Origin: Eledone cirrhosa | Lineage: Eukaryota | Length of the DNA: 64,000 bases | Assembly: GCA_964016885.1 (NCBI GenBank) | Contig: OZ024740.1 | Span: 369,830,001-369,894,000 of the forward strand | Direction of reading: 5' to 3' | In this document: positions 41,330-55,900 of the stretch, in pieces | Numbering within the stretch: the stretch's first letter is position 1 | How the letters are laid out: every line of letters begins with the position of its first letter | The notes under the pieces: model-generated | The model's database searches: none | Told to the model about the DNA's origin: nothing | The model's input: only the letters and a program-made list of their open reading frames with translations | Position numbers and translations under genes: made by a program

Positions 41330-42240
41330 AAAAAAGATGAAATCGAAAATGAGTTTTTTTTTACCTAAAAAAAAGTGGCTCAAAATGTTTTTTATAAATG
41401 TAATTTGATTGGTTATAAATGAAATTATGACTGTCACGCGAACAAATCAATTAAATTTCGCATCCAAATTTGGGAATATTTTTGTAATCATTTTAAAGAA
41501 TTTTGTGCCACACACACACACACACAGCACACCAGTCATACTCACTGAACCAGAACACTTCTCGTCATTCCTTTTTTCTTGACCATTATCTTTTGTTTGG
41601 TACAAAATTCACTAATTGGTTACAAAAAAATTCCCAAATACGAGCGCGAAATTTAATGTACTTGTTTACGTGACAGTCATAATTTCATTTATAACCAAGC
41701 AAATTATATTTATAAAAAAACATTTTGAGCCACTTTTTTAAGTAAAAAGAAACTCAAACACAAACTGGCGCGAATGTTGATGTGCTTATGCATGTGACTG
41801 CATTAACCAACCAAATTTCACTCATATATTAAAAAAAACAATCTGAGCCCCCGCCTCTTTTTTTAAGGCAAATAATAAGAACTTTTAATGCGAACTGGCG
41901 CGAAATTTATTATATTTATTCACATATCCACATGACAGTCATCAACCAACCAAATTACGTTTCTAAAAACCTAGCATTTCGAGCCACTTTTTTCTATATA
42001 AAAAAGAAGTAATATTGGAACACCACCAGATGCGAGAAAAACCACAAACCCTCTCAATTCTACTTTTGAAAAGCACAAGAACTGCGAAACCGGTAAAGGA
42101 ACCAAATACATATTCTTAAAAAGACTTTAGTTGCAATTTCGATTTCATCTTTTTTCCTCATACTTTCAGTCGTGTAGGACACCTCGTTTTTTTTTTCATT
42201 TTGTAAAAAAAACCTCATTTTCTAATATATATATATATAT
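41325..42240 (+). mobile_element. Non-coding PLE-type element with 5' inversion, ~125-bp subrepeats and a hammerhead
   Basis: 41345-41490 is inverted relative to 41615-41757. Subrepeats near 41640, 41765 and 41890. (TA)n on both flanks. Confidence 0.7.
42058..42101 (+). ncRNA. Minimal type I hammerhead, U3-A8 variant
   Basis: TTC-ta-CTT-TTGAAAA-GCA caagaac TGC-GAAA-CCGG-TA-AAG-GAA. Palindromic stem III ACCGGT. Confidence 0.65.
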
Positions 42241-42339
42241 ATTAGGAAATGAGGTTTTATATATATATGGGTTATCCATACACAAACGCATACACAATTT
42301 CAGTTCAAAGATGAGAAATATAGATACATACTATAATTA

Positions 42340-43070
42340 ACTTGATCCGCCTGTTCGTTGCCTCGTCCGAGTTTCTATCCCCGTAGAGGTCCTAACCGAA
42401 CCTGACACAGAGCAAAATTAGCTGTGTCCGTCTAGAGCCCGACAGCGCAGTTTAACGGTATGGATTTCCCTCACAGGCGTCGAGATGTAATCCCACCAAC
42501 ATATCCGGGTTGATTTTTACTCCTGCCAACTTCTCATATTCCATTAATCAGTTTTCGTCCAACTCGTTTTCCGTAGTGTTCGATTCCATCAGAGTGACGT
42601 CGTACTCATAAACTGACACAGCCTTTCTACATCTCAATTTGAGCGGGATATACTGCAACCGCCTCAGCTTCCACAGTAATGGCTCAACAATCAACACGCA
42701 TAGACGAGTGGAAAGAGAGCATAATATTCGCACCTAGCATTACATTTAAAAAGATTCCGACAGGTGACCATTTGCATTGACCACCAAGAAGATTCCTCCA
42801 TGTATTGTTGCTATCCAGCCTCCGAAGACGGAACCGAAACCGACTGCTTTGAGGACAACATCAAGGTATCGATGGTAGACACTTCAAATGCTTTCGATTG
42901 GTCTAAATTGATCAAAGCCTCACTGAATCATGGATTACTTTCTACCCTCACCATGACTTATCGCATATAGTGCAGGTATTTCTGTATAGATCTGGTCAGG
43001 ATTAGGTATGATTGCACCTCACTACCGTACGCCTGTTTAGAAGCGCCAACGTTGTTGCTAGCGCCCTAGC
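42340..43070. mobile_element. Decayed LINE reverse transcriptase fragment
   Basis: VDTSNAFD resembles LD..KAFD. GC content is above background. Confidence 0.35.
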
Positions 43071-43183
43071 CAATTTTAAAATCATACAAAATGACACTCA
43101 AAAGATGCACGTTTCAGTCCGTCAAACATAGATTCGTGGCTGTGTTTACATTCTGTGTCTCTGTCTCTCGTACGCTATGTATC

Positions 43184-43274
<91 letters not shown>
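43184..43274. repeat. (GATA)n microsatellite
   Basis: Perfect tetranucleotide run. Confidence 0.98.
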
Positions 43275-43648
43275 TAATATATACTTCTATACATACATAT
43301 AAATATCTTCGTTTACAAAAATCTCATTACTGGATTCTACCTCGTACTGAATAGTTGAATTCCGCTACTATGGGCATTCTGATGAAGTGTAATAAATAAT
43401 TAAGTATTGCATATGATTGAACAATATATATTGTAATGAGCATATGTAGACAATTTACAATAGACACAGAAAAATATGTCACAGCAAATAAATTCATAAT
43501 CTCTTCACGCCAATATTTTATTTTCCTTGGTGGATTCAAACGATACCGTTTCTGGTGCGCAGCTTTCTGGTGAGCAGCTTTCTTTAAGCATTCATTCAGG
43601 ATATACATAAACAAAACCTATGTACGTTAACACACACACACATATATA

Positions 43649-43770
<122 letters not shown>

Positions 43771-43778
43771 TATATATA

Positions 43779-44263
<485 letters not shown>

Positions 44264-44459
44264 CTTACACTCTAACAGTGATCATTATTAATTTATTTGC
44301 CTATTTAACTGCCTCAGACGAGCCCCATTGAGAAAACATATATAAGAGATTTCTATAAATGTGTTTTAACGGCTTTCTTCTCTTTCATCTTTCATTAATT
44401 GTTTCGATTATATATATATATATATAATGGCTGCCCACTCCTTATCGAGTATGGCCCCC

Positions 44460-44504
<45 letters not shown>

Positions 44505-44629
44505 TATTAAAAATATATATATATATATTTATTTTATTATCATCATTGTTATTATTATGTTTGTTTTTTTTTTCTTCGTGAAATGGCCATACTCGATAAC
44601 GAGGAGGCAGCCATCATACATATATATAT

Positions 44630-47533
44630 ATGATAACAATTAACAGTGCTTTGATGGAATGTGGCTCTTTAGCCCAGCCAATGATCTTAAATATCTTGCA
44701 CAGAGTTGGCAACCAACTGCAGCCTGGTAGTCAACCACTGATCTCACTTTATGACTGCACAGATGTTGCATGTCAGCGTCATGGAAGATCTTCGCTGTCT
44801 GGAAACGAAACAGCAATGCCCTTCTTTACACTTCTCTTTACTTTCTCGTCTGCGATTCGTGATGCCTCAAAGGCAACTGTCACCTCATATACAGTCTTTC
44901 TCTATTTATTATAATCAGCAGCAACATTTTTCCATGTATCAGCAGAGTAGTTAGCGTCTTTCAAAGAGGCTTTCAATGAATCCTTATACCTCTTTTTTGG
45001 TTTATGTGGAGGTCGTTTTCTTTAACTAACTATCCATAAAACAGTTGTTTTGGTATTCTAGAATCCTTCATCCTGGCGAGGTGAGCACTCCAACGGAGTC
45101 TTTGCTTAAGTACAAGAGCTTCTATACTGTCACACAGAGAGCTTTCCAAAATCTCGACATCACTGATGTGCTCCCTACAGTGAACGCCATAGATCAGTCT
45201 GAGACACATCTGATGGAAACGCTCCAATTGTTTAAGGTGGTGTCGATATGTGACCCAGGTCTCGCAGGCATAAAGAAGAGAATACAGCACACCTGCCTTG
45301 TACACATTTACCTTTGTCTTCTTGCATTTGTCTCGCCGACCCCAGAGGCGCCTTTCTAGCTTTCCAAAATCATCAGTTGCTTTCCTAATCCTGAGTGGAA
45401 TTTCATTATCAAGGTTGCTGTATCGATTGACTTTGCTTGGTAGACAAACGGATTAACCACTACAAGTCGTTTACCATACACATAGATATTTGGCTCACTG
45501 TACTTCTTACCAGGGGCAGGTTGGTACATGACGACGGTTTTCTTGAGACTGACAGTCAATCCTAAGGCAGTGCAAGCATCAGAAAATGTATTCACAATCT
45601 GTTGCATATCACTCTCTGTGTGACCTACAAGATCGCAATAACCTGCATACAAGAGGTTTTGTTTTTGCAGCAAAACGCCTGATGTTAAATATGCTGTCTG
45701 AGGTTCTATATTGGATGTAAAACCATGCTCGCAATTCCTGAATGCAATATAGAAAACCATTGCAAATTATATGACAAACAGGGTTGGTGGTGTTACACTC
45801 CATTGTTTACTGAGATAGGCTCCAACATGTTACTGCTGACATTAACCCAAGCCTTCATGTAGTCATGGAAAAACCTAACCAAAACGGGGAACTTATCAGG
45901 ACAACCAAGGTTCTGGAGAACACTCCATAATGCATTTCTGTTAACAGTATTGAAAGCTTTTGTCAGATCTACAAAAACCTTATACAGATCCAAACCTTGT
46001 TCCATGCACTTCTGGAGTGTCTAGCTGAGAAGATCATATCAGTAGTGCCGCGTCCAGCACAAAAACGAGATTGATTTTCAGGAAGAACACAATCAGCAAC
46101 GTGCGTCAGCAGGCGGTCCATAATCTCCCCACATAAAATGTTTTCCTATGACAGAAAGCAATGATATACCTCTGTAGTTTCCACAGTCATTCCTGTTCCC
46201 ATTCCTGTTCCCCATGTACAAGACCACCATTACTGCATCTCCCAGGTCCTCAGGTACGGATTCATTAGCCCATATCCTGCCAAACAAAGAGTGAAGATGT
46301 TGCAGAAGTCTCTCACCACCATATTGTAAGAGGTCTGCATGTATGCCATCCATACCTGGAGACCTTCCACTGTTAAGCTTCGAGATAGCTACTGCAACCT
46401 CCACAAGCGTGGGTGGGTCTGTGAGAGCTACTTTCACAGCTTTTTCACAAATGAGATTGAGGAAATCTTCATTGATGACAGAAAGCTGATTCAAACGTTC
46501 ATCAAAGTACCACCTTCACAGAATTCCTTTTGAGTCACGAAGAAGTTCCCTGCCATCCTTACTGCGAAGCGGTGTTACTAGAGAAGAAGACGTTCCATAA
46601 ACTTCACACAAGAGACTGTACAACTGCTTTGTGTTATTGGAATTTGATGCAGCCTTCTTACTCCATCACTTATCCTTCATCTGAGAAAGACTCCGCCTCA
46701 TACGTGATTTCCCATCCTTGAATTCCTTCAGCAACATATTCTTCTCCTGTGGTTTTGCTGCCAAGTAGCGTGACAGAGCACGCCTCTTATCAGCCAACAA
46801 GTCTTCTATATGCTCATCATTTTCATTAAACCTGTCTTGATGTTTTCTCTGCACCAATCCCAGAACACGCCTGCCTATATCATAAGCCGACTTTTAAGTG
46901 CCGGTCAATCCTCACCAAGATCTGCAACATGCATCTCTTCTCGCAATGTCCTCCTCACATTTTTTTCTCTAAGACGAGCAGCATTAAATCTCCTAGGCAG
47001 AGTAACACCAGAAGCCCGGATTTTACGTTTAGTGATTAGTTTCACTTTTGCGCGAACCAGGCGGTGGTCCGTCCAGCACTCAGCTCCATGAAGAGCACGA
47101 ATACACTGAACATCCCGTCACACATCCTGACAAGGACATATTCCAAAATATGCCATTCATTAGATGCAGGATGCTGGATGCATCCATGTGGTGTTAAATT
47201 TGTTGGAACATGGTCTTGGTAACATACAGATCCAGGTCCTCACACATCTGCAGCAGGAGCATACCGTTGTTGTTACAGTTTCCCACCCCATGCCTTCCGA
47301 TTATATTACATGTGTTAAAACCCCTACCCACTCTAGTATTAAAGTCACTAAGCACGATGACCTTGTATGCCTGAGGGATATTTCTTAAAACACCTTTCAA
47401 GGTATGGTGGAAAGACACTTTTTCTTCCTCGACAGAATTCATAGTTGGGGCATACACACTCACCACGGTCGCATATCTTCCTTTGTCCAGCTGAATTCTC
47501 ATAGACATAAGACGTTCACTAATCCCCACTTGG
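44630..47533 (-). mobile_element. RTE-clade LINE, 5'-truncated pseudogene (APE endonuclease + RT)
   Basis: ERLMSMR..VSVYAPT..DFNTRVG, TDHRLV, SPGMDGI, NYRGISLLS, FVDLTKAF, YACETW, RLRWSAHLARM..RIPKQLFYG. Many frameshifts. Confidence 0.95.
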
Positions 47534-47538
47534 AATTA

Positions 47539-47716
47539 TACATACATACATACATACATACATACATACATACATACATACATACACACATACACACACA
47601 CACACACACATACACACATACATACATACATACATACATACATACATACATACATACATACATACATACATACATACATACATACATACATACATACATG
47701 CATACATACATACATA
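47539..47716. repeat. (CATA)n/(CA)n microsatellite
   Basis: Direct observation. Confidence 0.95.
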
Positions 47717-47879
47717 TACCAATGAATAGCCCAACCATTGTGAACCTGTCTATAGAATTTTCTTCTGTTTTTGTTACCCTAAATATAGTTTTTAAAGAAT
47801 TCACTTTTTTTAAATCCATCAACAAATGACCTCCACCCATCCCAATCTCACCGTCTTCTACCACCAGAAAAAAGTATGA

Positions 47880-48036
47880 ATACCACGACATTACTAGGGC
47901 AGTAACACCCTGATGAATTCTCCCAGATGAAACGGTTCTAGTCCTATAGAAACTATTTCTATTTTAAATATTTATACTCTGCTATGTATTGAGCACCTTA
48001 CTTACTGTGGTTACCCCCGACTGAACCCGGGATAAA

Positions 48037-48040
<4 letters not shown>
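47880..48040 (+). mobile_element. PLE pseudo-LTR fragment with HHR-like core
   Basis: CTGATGA-ATTC tccc AGAT-GAAA...GTC at 47910-47943. Homologous to 31918-32022. Confidence 0.6.
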
Positions 48041-48087
<47 letters not shown>

Positions 48088-48091
<4 letters not shown>

Positions 48092-48337
48092 CGAAGGAAA
48101 TGTGGTAAGGAACCAGGTGGACCATAACGCACCAAAGTACTCAATACTTAGGGTAGTAGAGTGGGTAATAGCTCCTGCAATACTTAGGGTAGTAGAGTGG
48201 GTAATAGCTATGCTGCAGATGTGTGAGGACCAGGATCTGTATGTTACCAACACCATGTTCCAACAAATTTAACACCACATGGATGCATCCTGCATTCTGC
48301 ATCTAATGAATGGCATCTTTTGGAGGTCCTACTCGTT

Positions 48338-48340
<3 letters not shown>
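48088..48340. mobile_element. Rearranged copy of the 35308 element with a captured local LINE fragment
   Basis: 48090-48170 is the reverse complement of ~35433-35515. 48211-48324 is the reverse complement of 47142-47255. Confidence 0.85.
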
Positions 48341-48396
<56 letters not shown>

Positions 48397-49539
48397 AACT
48401 ATTTGTGTTTATATATATCAACTCGTGTGTTACTTTTCGTGTGATTTTTCAAATTTTTTTAAAAATACTAATATTCCGATATCGTGAATACATCGATACG
48501 ACATGAAAAAGGAAACACTGAGAGAATAGGCTAGAGGTAATGGCTTAGAAATATGATTCTGCATTACATAATGTACCTCAAAGATAAAGTATATAATTGA
48601 TTTATTTTTCATTTAAATACCAGGATTGATTCCGTGTTTTTATTTCACTAACATATATAAAGATATCTGTAAAAATTTCATTAATTTTCTAAACCAAGCA
48701 AGACTAATACATTCAACTTTTCTTAGGCGGTGTTTCTTTGTTACCGGTACATAATTCCCACTACACTCGTAATGTCATTAGTCCTTTTTTCTAAGTGCCG
48801 ATATGTTTTAAATGGGAAACTATAAATTAAGACGATACGACATAAACGATAAAATTAACCATTATTAACTATTTCTTCATGCTGACACGGTTATCTCTTT
48901 CCATATACTGTTTGTTTCTTTCTCAATTCATATCCTATATATGTTTCATTTAACTTATTTCGGAATAAAATAACTACATGATATCTTGTAGGTCTACAAA
49001 GGATACCTTTCCACTTACATTGGGTGAGGATGTGTAAGACATTTCCCTCATGGGATGTGCAAAAAAGAATTAAGAGTTTTGCATGCGAGAACAATTATCC
49101 AGGTGGCAAGGATGATTCTGTGGCATTGTGTTGTGCGCAAAACTGTAAACGATGTTCACAATGCATTTATTTATATGGGGGGCATTTGCAGTGCACATAT
49201 AATGTATAATTCAGTAGTGTATATTGTACGAACCGACACCGAGTTGCAGGCGAAAGATGAGGAGAGTTGTAATTGGATGTCGTGAGAATTCCAAGCAGCA
49301 GAGTAGAGTCAAATATTCTAGAAAACACTAGTCGTATCATGTTTTTATTTCATTGCTTTCTGTTAGTCTACCGTTCCAAAGAAGAGCTTAAGCCCGAACA
49401 ACCAAATACATTTCTATTTCAATTTCCTGAGAGTCAATCTAATAACTACAATTATTTACCTTGTCTATCATATTGTGCGTTCTCTGAGATAAATGTTGTA
49501 TCTAAACAACACTAAAAAACAAACAAACAGACACACATC

Positions 49540-49578
<39 letters not shown>

Positions 49579-50039
49579 AGAGAAACATAGGTAAAGCAAG
49601 TGAGAGAGATAAACACAAAGAGTCAGAGAGAAAATTATCATACACTCGTAATTCTACAAAGTAATATCATTCTATAATCATGTTACGACCGACAATTTCT
49701 CATTTTTTTTTAATTTCTTACTCCTTTTCACCTCCGGGAGAAGCGAATGCATCGTGAATCTAATCAATAGTTTAGAAACCTTTTAATTTATTTCTAAGGA
49801 AAAAAACCCTGACTTTTCTGCAATATACTTACTAATGTTTCAATCCATATATCGAGGTACAGCCTTTGGTTATATAAAATAAAAATAAAATCACCATAAA
49901 TGAAAACCATTGTGATGACACTACTTGAAAGAAATACACAATTGCCATGGAATTCTATTTAGTCATGTTTATATGTTTATAAAGCAAAAAGAAAACTAAA
50001 TACACTTACTTACAATAAACCAAGTGGCGATTTTCTCAA

Positions 50040-50083
<44 letters not shown>

Positions 50084-50158
50084 AGGTGAGTTTTATTATA
50101 TGTTTATTTAACACTTCACTGCGAGCAAGTGTTTTTTAAGCTTCATATCATGTCACCC

Positions 50159-50229
50159 TATTTTATCTGATGAGGACGCAAATATCATCCCATGATGATA
50201 TTTGTTTTTGAAATACTCATAATAAAATA
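50159..50229 (+). ncRNA. Type I hammerhead ribozyme with canonical core
   Basis: TATTTTAT-CTGATGA-ggac GCAAATATCATC ccat GATGATATTTGT tttt-GAAA-TACTCA-TA-ATAAAATA. 8-bp stem I, 12-bp stem II, inside a ~180-bp island between (TA)n tracts. Confidence 0.75.
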
Positions 50230-50256
50230 CATGGAACTCTGTTAACCATCTTTTGA

Positions 50257-50342
<86 letters not shown>

Positions 50343-52985
50343 AGAGAGTGAGAAAGCGAGTGAGAGAGAGAAGAGAGAAAGATAGGTGAACACTGCTTTA
50401 TAGAGATGCATGTTTCTAGAAGAATGATTATAGGACGAAATCAATCTTGAAATATTCTCTTGGCTATATCAGAGTACATTTATTATACAAATAATGATAA
50501 CACTTCATTAAATATTGAATATGACTTATATGTGCCTTTTGGCAAGTATCTTTGTCGGTTGATTAAAATACATTTACTTACTTCTATATCTACATAAATC
50601 AAAAAAATATTACAGTAGTTATGAAATATATTACATTTTTGGCATTAGACTCTTGAATTATTCGCCATTTTGCTAAAAAAGTGTATCTTTCATTCAATAA
50701 ATTATGACATTGTTATTTACAGTCTAACGTTAATGTCTGATTTCATGTAATACCGCATCGTTAGCAAACGTATATTTTTTCTTAATGGTTCGTTTCTCAA
50801 GGAAACGTTTGTGAACATGGCTTTCGCAGATTTTCCCTAAAACGTTAGGTGGATGGGGATGACATTCTTCGGGAGCAATCGCAATTCGTTGACTGCAGGA
50901 AAACATCGTTAGAGTTGGGCTCATCGCGAAGAGGATGATAATATACCGTGCTAGCGAGAAATGATTACGTATCGTGACTAGTTCAATACTACGAAGGGAA
51001 AGTCATTACTGAGGAGTGATCAATAAGTTGGTTGCTCTGTGACTAACCAAACCCAAGTTACATTGTAGATGTTTATAAAAGCAGAGATACTAATATATTC
51101 CTGGCTATAACAATGATATCGTGTGCAGGAAAAGGTACTGTTCAGAACTATACTCTATGTGACCGTCGTTACGTAGTCGTCCTAACTCTAAAAGGTAGCA
51201 GGTAATTTCCCTAAACTCCTTAGTTGTGTCATTTCACAGGAGAGGTCACTTGTACAATGTAGGTTCCGTTAGACAAAATAAGAGTAAGAATATTTTTTAT
51301 CATAACAATTTTGAGCAACATGGATTTAGTAGTAATCTAAATCAACACCAACAACATTCGCCTAATAAAACTAGGCATTTTTATTTCGTTTAAATTGCTG
51401 AATTAAACTTTCCTAGTAAGCTAGAGTAAAATAGTAGTTCTGTCTTAGAAAAAATAAGCTGAGGAAAATGCAAGTTAAAAAGTAAAAGAAACAGAAAAAC
51501 GACCTCTCAGAAAGAAACAGAAAGCGAATGTATCGCCTAATGAAATTGACATGTAGAAATTATTTCTGAAACTATTTATTATACCTTCACAAGGAGAAAT
51601 ATGAATATTTCCAATACAGCAATTAGAAATACCGAATGCAACGATCTTTCATGAATATGCGTACTCCTACAGACAGACACACAAAGCATACACACGACCC
51701 CACATATGCACCTATAAACGGACCCGTTTAATAGAATTGACAAGCGTGGGAGCGCGGCAATATATGTTAACTCTAGTAGGATACTACACAACACTCATTT
51801 TCGTAATCCATGTTCAGCATTTCACCCTCGTAATTGGAAAGATCTTGTGCGACTGCTTGTGATTTATGCAGCACTGAAGCGCATAGAAATTATAGAAGAT
51901 GAACCCAATTTAATCAATAAGCGCTCAACGAATGCAGACGTAAAATATGTTTTTAAATGTTCTCTGATTAATTTCTAGCTTTTAAATCACCCCCTCCACA
52001 TCAACATACACATCAACCACATATTGCACCCCTTCTTATCCTAGTACGTTGATATCTATGTGGAGTAGCGTACGTAATCTATCCAGTAGAGTGATGGGTT
52101 CTTCTATCTCCGTCAGCTAGTTCCTTTATAATCTGCTTACACGAAGTTACTATATTTGACAGCTACTATCCTTCAACCTTACATCTTAGGGCTCTGAATA
52201 TCCGACGCCCTTGCACCTAAAGTTCCATCTTCAACTTCACTTATTTTTCTCTCTTTTTTCTACCCTCGTATGTGGAAGTCCATATATAGTTGAATATGTG
52301 TGGTCGGGTGCGTATAGGTCGTGTGCCTGTCTGTGTATGTGCGCATATGTGTGATCGTTCGTTCATAAGTACCTGCATGTATGTGGATATAGTATTACCA
52401 GATGATCATGTATCACGTTTGCATGTATCACGTTTGCAACATGAGCTCTTTATATTAAGATTTAGCTCCCGCACAAACTAACAGCCATATATGCGCCTTT
52501 TAATTTAAGCGCACATCTTCGCTAAGGATAAACTGATCTAGGGATAAACTGATCTTCGCCAACCGCCGAGGGTTAACTGAAGAAAGCAAACTGATTTTTA
52601 AAATAAATAAATAAATTTGTAAGAATTAATTGAATTATAACCAGTTTAAGAGCCAGGTGAATGACCAAATATTAAACAACTTGACTCCTTTAGTGCACTG
52701 ACATAGTTTCACCTCCTACCACCACCGAAGCAGCTCCCATTCATCTACCTCTGCCTTGCCAGCGCCAACGTTCACATACGTTATGTCTGCCCGAACACGA
52801 AATGGCAATATCATTTCGCCGACAGGCAAATCATAAACCAAAAATAATAACATAACTATCCACATCGAATTGGGTAAATATCTTATAATGACAATTTGAT
52901 GCATTTGAAACGTACATACCAGGTGTAATGTAATAATGCTGAAATTGAATATGCAAAACACTTTTTCTTCTTTTTCTTTATATAT

Positions 52986-55900
52986 GTTTCATTTTTTCCA
53001 TTTATCGTTTTCGGTGCACCCGGCCGATCAACCCACTCGATAGGCAAATTGGGCTACTCATCCATTAATATGCATAAGGAAGTATATACGTTCAACAATC
53101 TGGCAGGAAGGTATACGTTGCTGACGATAGCTAACAAGCTTGAAACTAGTACAGCGTTCCTTTGTCAGTGTTGAACAAACGAGCAACCGTGGTTGCTAGA
53201 CACTACGGCTTAATACGGGATGTTTGTTTACAAACACACCGAGCATTATAATAAATGTTCGGTGAATCCATACGTGCCGTATATATATATGCGTGCATGT
53301 ATATGTATATATACATACTACTGTACGTCTGTATACATATATGTATGTACGTCTACATACTTATATTTAAATAACAGCCGTACTAAGAGTGGGAAATGAA
53401 GTATCGTTTCATTTTTTCCGTTTAGCGCTTTCGGTGCACCCGGCCGATCAACCCACTCGATATGCAAATTGGGCTACTCAGCCGTTAATATGCATAAGGT
53501 AAGTATATACGTTCAACAATCTGGCAGGAAGGTATACGTTGCTGACGATATCTAACAAGCTTGAAACTAGTACAGCGTTCCTTTGTCAGTGTTGAACAAA
53601 CGAGCAACGGTGGTTGCTAGACGCTACGGCTTAATACGGAATGTTTGTTTACAAAAACACCGAGCATTAAAATAAATGTTCGGTGAATCCATACGTGCAT
53701 TTATATATGTGTGCATGTATGTATATATACATACTACTGTACGTCTGTATACATATATGTATGTACGTCTACATACTTATGTTTAAGTAACAGCTGTACT
53801 AAGAGTGGGAAATGAAATATCGTTTCATTTTTTCCGTTTAGCGCATTCGGTGCACCCGACCGATCAACCCACTCGATATGCAAATTGGGCTAATCAGCCG
53901 TTAATATGCATAAGGTAAGTATATACGTTCAACAATCTGGCAGGAAGGTATACGTTGCTGACGATAGCTAATAAGCTTGAAACTAGTACAGCGTTGCTTT
54001 GTCAGTGTTGAACAAACGAGCAACGGTGGTTGTTAGAAGACTACGGCTTAATAAGGGAATTTTGTTTACAAAGACACCGAGCTTTATAAGAAATGTTCGT
54101 TGAATCCATACGTGCATTTATATATGTGTGCATGTATGTATATATATATACATACCACTGTAGTCTGTATACATATATGTATGTTACGTGTACATACTTA
54201 TATTTAAGTAACAGCCGTACTAAGAGTGGGAAATGAAATACTGTTTCATTTTTTCCGTTTATCGTTTTCGGTGCACCCGGCCGATCAACCCACTTGATAT
54301 GCAAATTGGGCTACTCAGCCGTTAATATGCATAGGGTCAGTATATACGTTCAACAATCTGGCAGGAAGGTATACGTTGCTGACGATAGCTAACAAGCTTG
54401 AAACTAGTGCAGCGTTCCTTTGTCAGTGTTGAACAAACGAGCAACGGTGGTTGCTAGACACTACGGCTTAATACAGGATGTTTGTTTACAAACACACCGA
54501 GCATTATAATAAATGCTCTGTGAATCCTTACGTGCATATACATATGCGTGCATGTATATATATATATATATACTACTGTACGTCTGTATACATATATGTA
54601 TGTACGTGTACATACTTATATTTAAGTAACAGCTGTACTAAGAGTGGGAAACGAATTAGTGTTTCATTTTTTCCGTTTATCGTTTTCGGTGCACTCGGCC
54701 GATCAACCCACTCGATATGCAAATTGGGCTACTCAGACGTTAATATGCATAAGGTAAGTATATACGTTCAACAATCTGGCAGCAAGGTATACGTTGCTGA
54801 CGATAGCTAATAAGCTTGAAACTAGTACAGCGTTGCTTTGTCAGTGTGGAACAAACGAGCAACGGTGGTTGCTAGAAGACTACGGCTTAATAAGGGATGC
54901 TTGTTTACAAACACACCGAGCATTATAATAAATGTTCGGTGAATCCATAAGTGCATATATGTATATATGTGTGCATGTATGTATATATATATACATACTA
55001 CTGTACCTTTGTATACATATATGTATGTACGTGTACATACTTATATTTAAGTAACAGCCGTACTAAGAGTGGGAAATAAAATATCGTTTCATTTTTTCCG
55101 TTTATCGTTTTCGGTGCACCCGGCCAATCAACCCACTCGATAAGCAAATTGGGCTACTCAGCCGTTAATATGCATAGGGTCAGTATATACGTTCAACAAT
55201 CTGGCAGGAAGGTATACGTTGCTGACGATAGCTAACAAGCTTGAAACTAGTACAGCGTTCCTTTGTCAGTGTTGAACAAACGAGCAACCATGGTTGCTAG
55301 ACACTACGGCTTAATACGGGATGTTTGTTTACAAACACACCGAGCATTATAATAAATGTTCGGTGAATCCATACGTGCGGTATATATATATGCGTGCATG
55401 TATATATATATATACATACTATTGTGCGTCTGTATACATATATGTATGTACGTGTACATACTTATATTTAAATAACAGCCGTACTAAGAGTGGGAAATGA
55501 ACTATCGTTTCATTTTTTCCGTTTATCGTTTTCGGTGCACCCAGCCGATACACCCACTCGATATGCAAATTGGGCTACTCAGCCGTTAATATACATGAGG
55601 TAAGTATATACGTTCAACAATCTGGCAGGAAGGTATACGTTGCTGACGATAGCTAACAAGCTTGAAACTAGTACGGCGTTGCTTTGTCAGTGTTGAACAA
55701 ACGAGCAACGGTGGTTGCTAGACACTACGGCTTAATACGGGATGTTTGTTTACAAACACACCGAGCATTATAATAAATGTTTGGTGAATCCATACGTGCA
55801 TATATATATGCGTGCATGTATGTATATATATATATATATATACATACTACTGTACGTTTGTATACATATATGTATGTACGAGTACATACTTATATTTAAG

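Noticed and set aside
44315-44345. CAGACGA...GAAA motif
   Set aside because: Core is mutated and stem II does not pair.
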